Shown: one piece after another, positions 1-10,400 of the stretch
How positions within the stretch are numbered: the stretch's first letter is position 1
How the letters are laid out: every line of letters begins with the position of its first letter
Assembly: GCA_023213395.1 (NCBI GenBank)
Contig: CM041465.1
Location: 197,353,741-197,417,740 of the forward strand
Reading direction: 5' to 3'
DNA from: Cycas panzhihuaensis
Lineage: Eukaryota > Plantae > Cycadophyta
Length of the DNA: 64,000 nt
Program-made: the position numbers and the translations under genes
The notes under the pieces: generated by a model
The model's input: the letters and a program-made list of their open reading frames with translations, nothing else
Told to the model about the DNA's origin: nothing
Database searches by the model: none

Positions 1-1400
1 TATCTAAACCCCTCACTAGTCTAACTTCAAATAAATGTAATGATGCCTTATATCAATCGACACATCCATCAAATGATATCTTTATCGATTGATGTCTGCG
101 ATAATGACAAACTTCATCAATTGAGGTAGCAATCACTTTGTTGATTGAGGTAATGACCACTTTATCAATTAATTATAGCTATACTAAACCTTATCAATTG
201 TTCATAGCTATGACCAACTCCATCCATAATTTCATCGCTTGTCTAATTTTCTTGATAATTGAATTAACTATCTAATTTTATCAACAATCGTGTCAACTAT
301 CTAACTTTGTCAAATATCTTATCGACTATCTAATTTTGTTAACAACACTCTGTAGTAGTGTCCAACCTCTGTCGATTATCCCATTGACTATTATTAATTG
401 ATCTCTCCAATAATGTCTAACCTTCATCGACTATTTTGTTGATTATTATTGACCACACTCTGCAGGAGTGTCTAACTATATCGACTACAAGTGCATCTCA
501 TTTTATTAATTGATATCTTCACTAACAAACTATTGTCAATCTCAATATGCTTAAATAATGACCAAACCAATAATGTCTCCTGCATATATGTCTACTGTAA
601 TTATTGCTTCTCTTAACCAATGTCAACTCTATGATATTATTTTTTGTTGACCAAGTAGTAAAGAATCATTTGCATCTATTGTCAAATCTTTTACTTATGA
701 TGCAAATAGTCAAATAACTAAAACAACTACTCCATCGATGGCTCAGAGAATGGATGTGAACCTATAGAATAGATTTAACACTATGATAACACAAGTGTTG
801 TAAATAATACTATTATTACATTGCAGTGGCAACTCTTTTAATTGCTAGAAAAAGGTTGATCCTTAATAAAGGGTTGAGCCAATACTACCTGGCAACTTAT
901 GATCTAATCAATTTTCCCAACTTCACCTACTTGTATACAACCATTAGCTCTGATATCATATTAGAAATCATAGTTAATAGAACTCATTATCTATAAAGTA
1001 CACAGTTGATAGACGAACTGGCGATAAATAAACCCTAATACCATGTTAGAAAACACAGATATCCAAATTATTTATGTATACACTAAGCACAAAAGAACAC
1101 AAGCACACGATTGAATATGCAAAGGAAACCCTTTCAGGAAAAAGCTCACCACAAAAGATTTATCGATCACATTAATATAAAATAATCCACCATTATCAAT
1201 CTTTTATAATAGACTATAGATCCCTTTACATAGATCCATAAGTGCCTCAAATAATCATTGATATTACATATGTTGACTTATATTTATAATACATAAAGTA
1301 TGTACAATAATGTATTACATGTGTCATATTAAACTCCTTGATATACATCTCATCACGCCACATTAAACATTAGGCAGTCAAGTTGATGACCACTTTAACA
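1..1400 (-). mobile_element. Truncated Copia-type LTR retrotransposon: 5' LTR (~1044-1400, possibly from 959), tRNA-iMet PBS and start of internal region running off the window start
   Basis: Reverse-complement PBS gctctgatatca at 947-958 and a second PBS-like ctaatacca at ~1035-1043. tgttaga...ttaaca termini. LTR motifs (ggaaaccct..aaaa..cac, gatc..tatagatc..aagtgcc) are shared with the LTRs at 40997/45135. Degenerate atcgactat-type repeats at 1-560. Confidence 0.65.
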
Positions 1401-3222
1401 CTATTTCATCTTGCTTGTCATTTGGTTCATGGGAATTCTTATTGAATCTTATTGCATGAAGTGTGTTTCTATTGTTTGTAGTCCTTTTATTCATTCACTT
1501 CTATTTATTTCTCACTATTTTCTCATTTTGTTTGGGTTATTACCAAGAACTAACTTCTTGGTTTAACTTGTGGGACTAATCTCTCTTACTTATTACTATG
1601 CTAGTTGGTATGTATTTGTCTTGCCTTTCCTCTCCCCAACATTGAGCTAATATATCCAAAGAATGAATCACCTTTATAACACTGATCTATGGTATCCTTT
1701 TTATAGGTCTTCATGTGTATAAGTTGTATAAGTTAACTTATCATTTATTTTATTTCCTTTGATTTCTTATTTGTATTAGACATTAGATCTATTTTGTGTT
1801 ATTTCATTCATTACATTTCTTTAGCATAGGCAGTTCCTTTGATTAAATAGGTGTTTTTTTTTTTTTTTCCTTAAATTATTTTCATATTATGGCATAAAGG
1901 GATTTGTTTAATACCTCCTTACACAAGGACTTCTTATTTATGTGTTCTCTCTTGTGCTAAGGTTTAGAGTGCATAATTAAAAAAAAAAGAAAAGAGAAGG
2001 ATAATTACCTACCTTTACCTCTCACATCATTGTAAAGGGATAAAAGATTTATTTATTTAGTTTCTTTTCATTAGAGGGAGCTGAGTGTAAGAGTACTTGA
2101 GGAGTTAATAGGATCTCTTGGTTGCATATGCTTGCGAGAATATTGTTTGTTTGCTTGATTAATTAGCATGTCTCATTTTCTTGCATTAATTAGTGTGTTT
2201 CAAGTTCTAGCTTAGGTTGTTTGTTATTTACATACAATTAAAAGTATATGTTAGTTGCATTTTAAATTATGCTCTTTGCTTTCCCCTTTCATAGGCCTAG
2301 CTCCTATTAAGTCACAAGAGGGGCTAATTTTATCTAGACTTAATTAAATAGTGACTAGTCTTGCACTCGAGATGAAGCAATACCTTTTGTTATGTTTCGA
2401 ATGAAGGTAATAGAGGACGAGCTATCTTAACCATGTGTGATTTGAGGAGCCGTGAGACTTTTATTTACCTTGTTAAGAGAGATTTTTTTTTCTCTCATTC
2501 ATCTTTAAGGAGTCTAGACTATTTGAAATTAGATGCAAGTATCCCCGAGTTTGCCACACTTATGGGTGGGATGTTACTAGGTGAAAGAGTCCCTACTAAT
2601 AGACCCACAAGTGGATCATTAATCTTAGGTCCTATTACTTTGTATTTTACTCTTTGTTAGTCTTCCTATGTTTTTCCTAGTTTAATGTGATGTAAATATT
2701 TGTGGTTGGGTAGGATATAATAGGTCTAACCTCTTAAAGGAAGTAGAGTCTAGCATAGGGCTTTAAGGCTCGACTACATTAGGGTACATATGCTTTAGTG
2801 AACCTCTCAGTCTTCGAGAGCTTATTATATGTTGTTTATCTCTTCAAAGACAAATAGATAATTTCATTTCCTACTTGTTACCTATTTCTTTTTAACACCT
2901 TGTATTTCTTCTTTTGTCTACTTTTAGGTTAGAGTATGCTTGATCCTATACTTGCAACAACTCCCATAGATTATTGCCACATCTATAAGACTTATGATGG
3001 ACATGGTGTTATTTTTTGAGAAGTCATGTTAATCATGCATCCACATACGCATTCATGTATCCATCCTCTTTACTTTTTTAGTCATCTAGTTTTGAGTTTT
3101 TACTTCTTAGTAGTATCTTTTAGCTTTCATACCTAACATGCCTTACTTTGTACCTTCCTTTTTACACCCCCTCGGTTCATGAGAGGGCTAGTAAGTTGGG
3201 ACTTCTTAAATCTTGACTTACA
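1401..3222 (+). mobile_element. Fragment of a large Ty3/gypsy (Tat/Ogre-like) LTR
   Basis: 2430-2830 aligns by eye with the reverse complement of ~16100-16450 (e.g. ggtgg..gtcccta..accc..attaatct.ggtc). Ends in ...ttaca. No coding remnant. Confidence 0.4.
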
Positions 3223-3840
3223 ATACAATCTACATACAACTTTATATATTTAAAGTGTATACAATATGTATATGACTTCTTATATACAATGTATACGTGA
3301 CTTTGTAAATGCACTCTACATATGGAATTGTACACATAATGCATATCAAAAGTTATATACACATTATATATAAGTTGTATATGCATTATACAAAAAAGTT
3401 ATGTAGACATTACATATAAGATGTATATACACTATGCATATAGATTTATATACATAATACACATAAAAAACTATATACATAATCTGTATACAAGGTCATA
3501 TATACATTATACATATGAAATCGTAAACACATTACACACAAGGAATCATATATACACTATATACACATTGTTTACACAAAGTCAGAGTTTTATACACATT
3601 ATGCATATGAAGTTGCATACATATTATCTATAAGAAGTCATTCATATAAACTAGATAATGTGCATATGACCTCTTATATGTCATATGTATACAATTTCGT
3701 ATATATAATACGCAGTTGTATACACATTACATACATGCTATGCATATGAAATTCAAGTTGTATACACATTATGAATAAGGAGACACAAGCATTATGTATA
3801 CAAAGTTTTATACACAAAAAGTGCACAATAAGATATATGT
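3223..3840. repeat. Degenerate low-complexity array of (gt)tatatacacattacat-like units
   Basis: Many imperfect copies of tatacacattac/atata throughout. The short Y/I/H/T-rich ORFs here are by-products. Confidence 0.7.
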
Positions 3841-3937
3841 ATTTAATTATTATTATGATTATTTAATTACTTAATTATTAATACTTAGTTGTATTTTTTG
3901 TTATTATAATATTAATTACACTTATTTATCACTAGCA

Positions 3938-4127
3938 ATAGACAAGTTGTCTATCAATGCCAATAAGTGGCCATGTGAGCGGACCCCCTAAAAAAGGCGA
4001 GTGTTTCCAATTGATAGCTATATTTCAAATAGCCGCCTAAAATGGGAGCCCACTCACATGAATACCTATTTGATAGACAATTAGTCTATCTTTATTAATA
4101 TATTATTTGATAGACAATTAGTCTATC
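3938..4127. mobile_element. Fold-back MITE-like element upstream of SWEET, with a duplicated right terminal repeat
   Basis: Left arm atagacaagttgtctatcaa...catgtgagcggacc...aggcg is the imperfect reverse complement of cgcct...cccactcacatg...ttgatagacaattagtctatc (ends 4090). 4067-4090 is directly repeated at 4104-4127. No TSD resolved. Confidence 0.6.
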
Positions 4128-4323
4128 ATTAATATATTAATACACGTATTTAACAATTGATATATGCTTTCTTTTTTCATAAGCAACTCTTTTAAAAGAT
4201 TATCAATTTTCAATGAACTACTAAAAAAACAAAAAGAAAAGTTGAATTATATCTCTAAGCATCTACCCTTCATATCGTGTGTACTGCAACTGATTCCTAA
4301 CTCGGTTTTCGATTGTCTTTTAT

Positions 4324-4329
4324 GCCGAC
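4324..4329 (+). promoter_or_regulatory. DRE/CRT core GCCGAC ~260 bp upstream of the SWEET ATG
   Basis: Exact RCCGAC match only. An ACGT-core ABRE-like acacgt is also at 4142-4147. Short motifs with no functional evidence. Confidence 0.2.
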
Positions 4330-4584
4330 GAAAACGATCTCTGAGGAAGGGAACGAAGGAGATGGCGATCACGGACCATCGTACCGTAAGTGCCTTTCAT
4401 GTCATACCAAACTTCTTGTACATACTCTCAGACTTTAGGTGGCTCGAACCCATGGCAAATGAGACGTATTTTAGGTAGTTGCAGGGTCCTTTCCCAGAGC
4501 ACCACCGTCCCTCAGAAGCCACCTTCCGAAAATACCCGGAGTTCCAGCCCTTGGATTCGAGCAGCACCCGGTGGAATTTGGGGA

Positions 4585-5985
4585 ATGGCGAATTTGAGCT
4601 TCATTCTCGGAGTTATCGGTGAAATAATTCCTCCTCCTTCTTATATCTTTCATTTCTGTTGTAGCGCATTGACTGATATGGTTACAGGGCGATTGAATTG
4701 ATTTATATCATCTGATTTTGTTGCAGGGAACGTGCTATCGATTCTGGTTTTCGCCTCCCCAGTGTAAATTCAGGCTATAATTATAAGGATTAATGGCTTT
4801 ACTCACTGTGTCCATGGTTTGGGATATTCTGTTTAGATTGATAATTCATCGATTATTTGGATTGACAGAACAACATTCTGGCGGATAGTGAAGAACAAGT
4901 CGACCGAGAATTTCAAAGGATTACCTTACGTCTGCACGCTGCTCAGCACTTCGCTGTGGACATACTATGGGTTAAACAAACCCGGTGGGTTGTTGATAAC
5001 TACGGTTAACGGGGCAGGTGCTGCACTGGAAGCCATTTTTGTGACTCTGTATCTAATCTATGCTCCCAAAGAACGCAAGGCAAGTAATGATTCCTTCACG
5101 CTTGCGAATAATATTTGCAATGGAATTAATTATGAAGTGTTTTTATTTGAATTGCAGGTGAGAATCGCTCAACTGGTGCTGCTTCTTAACGTTACATTTT
5201 TGGCCGTCGTGGTTTTGGTGACATTTTTAGCACTTCACAGAAACGTTCGGATAAATGTAGTGGGTACCCTGTGCGCTGTCTTGACGCTGGGGATGTATGC
5301 GTCGCCCATGGCCGCCATGGTAGGCCTGCATTGCTAATTTATCCCAAACTAAATCTCAATGGATCACCGCACCTCGTAATATGTGGGGATTGTATAGCAG
5401 GGACAAGTATAGTTTGTAATTTAAATTTAGTTGTAAGTATTATTATTTATATACCGGATTCTGATTTATTTGTCACTGGCAGAGAATGGTCGTCCTGACG
5501 AAGAGCGTGGAGTACATGCCATTTTTCCTCTCGTTCTTCCTGTTTCTGAACGGAGGAGTTTGGGCAGCGTATGCAGAACTTGTCCGTGACCTGTACATTG
5601 GGGTTAGTAATCAACCGATCGATCTATCTATATGTATATTTTTGTTTGTTTTTTTCCCAATTCTTTTTGTGGGCAATCTGGAATTTAATATGTGTTTCTG
5701 TAAGACTCAATGGAACTAAGAATTGAGTACCGTCGATAATAAATATTCTTTCAGATCCCAAATGGAATCGGGTTCGTTCTGGGAGCTGCACAGCTCATTC
5801 TGTACGCGATATATAGAAAGGGAAATCGCAGGAGTGAAGAAGAGGAAGGGGATGATCAAAAGAAAGCAGGCGCTGTGGATGTGGAGATGGCAGATCACGA
5901 AGAAATTGACGATACGAAATTCTGCAATAATGGATTGGAAAAAAGCATGGGTTTTGGCCCAACTCGCTCCGGCGTGTCAGAGTAG
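4585..5985 (+). CDS. SWEET16/17: Bidirectional sugar transporter SWEET, clade IV (SWEET16/17-like, typically tonoplast). Exons 4585-4618, 4727-4763, 4869-5079, 5158-5319, 5483-5602, 5755-5985; 264 aa
   Basis: Spliced translation MANLSFILGVIGNVLSILVFASPVTTFWRIVKNKSTENFKGLPYVCTLLSTSLWTYYG...NGAG...[37 protein letters not shown]...IPNGIGFVLGAAQLILYAIY gives two MtN3/saliva repeats. Internal exon sizes 37/211/162/120 fit the usual SWEET layout. Introns are GT-AG except intron 3 (GC-AG). Open to TAG at 5983-5985. Confidence 0.96.
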
Positions 5986-6760
5986 CTCGTGAATGGATGT
6001 ACGAGCCACGTCTGCTGTCCAATCTATCAGATGTCAGGATAAAGGACCTTCCACCGATCAATCATGTCAGTACTACTGTAGTTGAAGCTCAGGTACCGAA
6101 GATTCCTGGTAATAATTGATTCAAGTAAAAATCAATTAGATGGTTATTCTCACCTTTTCATTTGTTTTCATTTTTACGCCACCGTTGGTGGTCCAACAGT
6201 CTCATATCGACAGTGCTGGAGAGGGTTAAAACCTTTTCTTACGCCATCGTTGGTGGTCACAACTGAGGTTGACACCTTTTTGAGGTGGGTTTCAGACACA
6301 CGAGATTGTGGTCAACAATGAAAATCACAATCAATAATCAATAATTATAATTATGTTTAGTGGCATAGCTAATTGTAGCCATTAAATTAGCTTGGTGTAT
6401 TATAATTAGAGTGGTCAATAAGAAGTAGAAATTTTTAGTAGGTATGATATGCTATACCATATGAAGATCGCTAATACTAGAAGTTGTGGTACGCTGTCAA
6501 TGGTAATAAAAGTGCTACTGGCAAATTTGTGCATAATGAAGATTGCTATTTTGTGATCAACTATATCGTAGTTGAAAACAATGAAAATGTAATAGTAAGG
6601 AACATAGCCTACCGGTTAGATAACAAAGAAGCAACTACCATTTAGTGTAATTACTTTTGACAATCCTTGAGAGTCATAAAAGTAGAGGAAAAATGCATTC
6701 TTCTAATTTGTTCACGATAACAATTAGTGAGTTTAAGATAACACTTAAAAAAAAGTCTCC

Positions 6761-6964
6761 AATATAGAGTTAGTTACTTGGTGGGAACATTGCATTTGCA
6801 TTTATATGAGGTATATTGCTAAGAAAATTTTAGTTTCACCTCTATATATTGAAACTTTACTTTGTGATGAAATGTATGAAAGTCTTTCTTTTTCAATAGA
6901 TGCTTTTAGTGTTCTATCAACATATGAGTGTACTAGAGTGAGATTGATTCCTAATAAATTGTAA
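6761..6964 (+). pseudogene. Possible hAT transposase dimerisation-domain relic
   Basis: Translation VTWWEH...RYIAKKILVSP...AFS...RVRLIPNKL echoes the WW..A..IL..P..FS..R.RL.P pattern, but spacing is imperfect. Confidence 0.25.
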
Positions 6965-7439
6965 AATCTTTAATTATAATGGAGGAAAAATTCAATGGTA
7001 TTATGATATTATGTATGGCAAGTACACTATGGTGGCAAAATTCTTTGGATGATTTTGTTGAATGTTGGGTAATTAGACATGGTGTGTCCATGATGAAAAT
7101 TAAAAGATAATTTATACTAACATCTAAGGATAATTTGCTTTAGAGTGTAACCATTTAATTACATATGCTTTTAAATGACACATATCTTGCTCTCTAAGAT
7201 ATCAAGTGTAAAAAGACATCCTCTATGACATTAGAAAGATTCATGATTGATGAAAAGATGATTAAGACAATGGAAACCGGATTAGAAGGATCAAAACAAT
7301 GGGAAAGATACAATTAACTTTGGTCAATGATTACTATAATGTGAAGAAAGTCAATAGGAGGATGAAAAAAAGAAAGGACACAAGAAACTAGTCTCTAAAT
7401 AGTCAACTTGTGTTTTAATTAATTATTCTTCAAACTTGT

Positions 7440-10400
7440 TAGGATCTTAACATTTGATCCGAGTCCATTTGAAATCATAGTCAAGGTCTTTGCATAGCCA
7501 AAAACCATAAATTTATATACTTATATATTTTAAAAACACTTAGTTTTTAGTTTTAAAGTTTTAGAATAGAAAAATAGAATATATAAAAGAAATGTTCTTG
7601 TGATGATTTTTTTATTATGTTTTCTTTGAGATATATTATTCTATTTGCACATTTATATTACTAAAGAGATATGCACTCCATCATTTGGTATCAAAATATG
7701 GTTCAACTCCAAGATGAGAGAAATAAGAAGTTTGCAACAAATTATTAGTGGATTATATGTTTTTTTCTTTCTTGCTAAATATGTTTGGGAATGATTGAAA
7801 TTAGATAGAAAATGTTTATGGGAAAATAGTAAACATTTTAAGAGGCTAAATAGATGAAGGACATAATACACAATTAAAGAGGAGTATGCAAGAGCTTTAG
7901 AGGAGGGTAGAAGAGCTTGCATAGGTGGTGTTGAAGTAATAACATATCCTTCTAAGGAATAAACATGGTTAAATGAGGTATGAAAATGACGTAGAAATAA
8001 AAACAAAAGCTAGAGTGGAGCATGAGAAAGAATGATCATAAGAACCACCATCCTATGCCAAGAGAATATTAAAACCCATGGAAGAAAATAATAGTGGAGT
8101 GAAGCTTAATGTCTTAGAATATGGAGCAAGTTTAAAGCTTGAAGAATTGATTGGTTGGTTGAATAGTATAGAGATTTTTTTTGAATAGAAAGAAATAACA
8201 AAAGTAAAGAAAGTAAAACTTACATGCACTAAGCTGAAAGGTCATGAAGTGATATGATAAGATCAAATGTGAAAACATAGGGTGAGAAATGGAAAGGAAA
8301 AAATTCAAACTTGGAGTAAGGTGGTAAGGAAGTTTAAGGAGAAATCCCTTTTAGTGGACTCTTCTCAAACCCTATTTAAAAAAAAAAAAAAAAGAACTTG
8401 AGGTAGAAAGAGATGACTGTCCAAGACTATACAAATAAATTTATAAGTTATCAATAAAGATGAAGCATGAAGAAATAGAATAGTAGATGATTGCCATGTA
8501 TGTAAATGGCCTAAAATTTTTTATCCAAGATGAACTTAGCATATTTAGAATTAATAATGCCAAAGATACTTACCAATTTATCTTAATATCTAAGGATAAA
8601 TAGAGTAGAAACCCTACTAAAAAATTGTCTATGATAAAGAAAGGCCTATCAACCCCATTTAAAGGTAACAATGACTTTAACTACTCCCATGAAGAATACT
8701 CTAATCAGATGGAAAGGCAAAGCATGACTCAAGGGAGATAAGAGCATAGAGGCTCCTAAAAGTAGCTAAGAGGACAAGGACTCCAAGGAGCCTAGAGGGG
8801 AGGGAACTTTGATAGAGCAGGTAACATGCTTAGAAGGTATATTATCTACTTTAGATGTAATGAAGAAGGCCATAAGGCTTATGAATGTCTTTATTATTAA
8901 GACCAACCAAGGAACTAAGAAGAACAACCAAGAGTAAACTTGGTCCAAGCTAAGGAACCACTTACAAAAGTTGTAATAGATGTTAAGGAGAACTTCATAT
9001 TAAGAAGAACTTTGATTACCCTAAAATAAAGTCATATAAAGGGCAAAGAGAAAATAAAAGAAAATGATGAATTATGGCCATATAGTAATATCTTCCAGGC
9101 CAGATGTACTTAGGGGGGTAAAATTTATAAGGTTGTTATTGATAATGGAAGTTATAAAAACATTGTATCTACTAAAATGGTAGAAAAATTATAATTACAG
9201 TGTGAAAGACATTCCACCGCTTACAGAATTTCTTAGATTAAAAAAATGGAGAGAGGTGGTAGTAAACAAAATATGTCTAGTAAAATTTACTATTGGGCAA
9301 ACAAACTATAATGGGATATGGTATGATGTTCTTCTAATAGATTCATGCCATATACTATTGGGGAGGCCATGACAGTATGATAGGAATGCCTATTATGATG
9401 GGAATACTTACACCTTCTAGAAGGATGGTGTAAAGGTCATATTACTTCCTATTAAGAAAGAAAGGAAGGTACAAACTTTGTTGATGACAAAGAAATTCCT
9501 TAGTGAAGTAAGGAGACAGGAACTTATTATACCTTTGTGATGAATTGAGTGGAGAACATTGAGAAGTAAGTGTTGATAATATATTAAGTGGCTAATTATT
9601 ACAAAAGTATAGTGACATCATACTTGATGAATTACTAAAGAGAGATATCCAACATTAGATTAATTTTATTTCAGGATCTACACTACTAATTCAAGTTATA
9701 TACAAACTAAGCCCTATAGAAAATGCAAAATTAAATAGATAAGTGAGTGAATTAATATAGTAAGGTATGGTAAGAGAAGTATGAGTCCTTGTGCAACTCC
9801 TTCACTCCCATCTCCAAAGAAGAATGGATTTTAGAGGATATATGTTGATTACAGGGCAATTAACAAAATCATAATCAAATATAGATTTTCAATTTCTTGA
9901 ATGGATGACATGTTAGATGTGTTGGTAGGTGCATCTCACTTCACCAAACTTGATTTAAGAAATAGTTATTATTAGATTTAGATTAGGGAAGGGGACGGAT
10001 AGAAGACAAAGTTTAAAATAAAGGATAGATTGTATGAATGGCTGGCCATACCATTTGAGATGTCAAATGCCCTAAATACATTTACGAAGTTAATGAACAC
10101 CACCTTATGACCATATATTAGTAAGTTTATAGTTATCTATTTTGATGATATTTTAATATATAGTAGAATTAAGGGGGAGTACCTATTACATCTAAGGATG
10201 GTATTAGATATATTAAGAGTGAAAAAATAATATATGAACTTGAAAAAATATAAATTTATATAGAATAGGTTAGTATTTTTAGGATTTGTAATATCTTAAG
10301 AAGGGATGCATATGGATGATGAGAGAATTAGAGACATGGTTAAATTTCCTACACCTTGGAATTTAATAGAGGTGAGGAGATTCTATGGTCTAACTGTGGT

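Noticed and set aside
5084-5085. Canonical GT donor for SWEET intron 3
   Set aside because: Adds 4 nt and shifts the frame of exon 4. The GC donor at 5080 preserves frame and the usual exon size.
5716-6061. Overlapping or antisense ORFs over SWEET exon 6
   Set aside because: Shadow frames of a GC-richer coding exon with no recognisable motifs.
7332-7345. 5' end of the CRM element at 7337 (taatgtg) with a TSD
   Set aside because: Flanks tacta and atcta do not match, and the adjoining sequence does not align with the 3' LTR.
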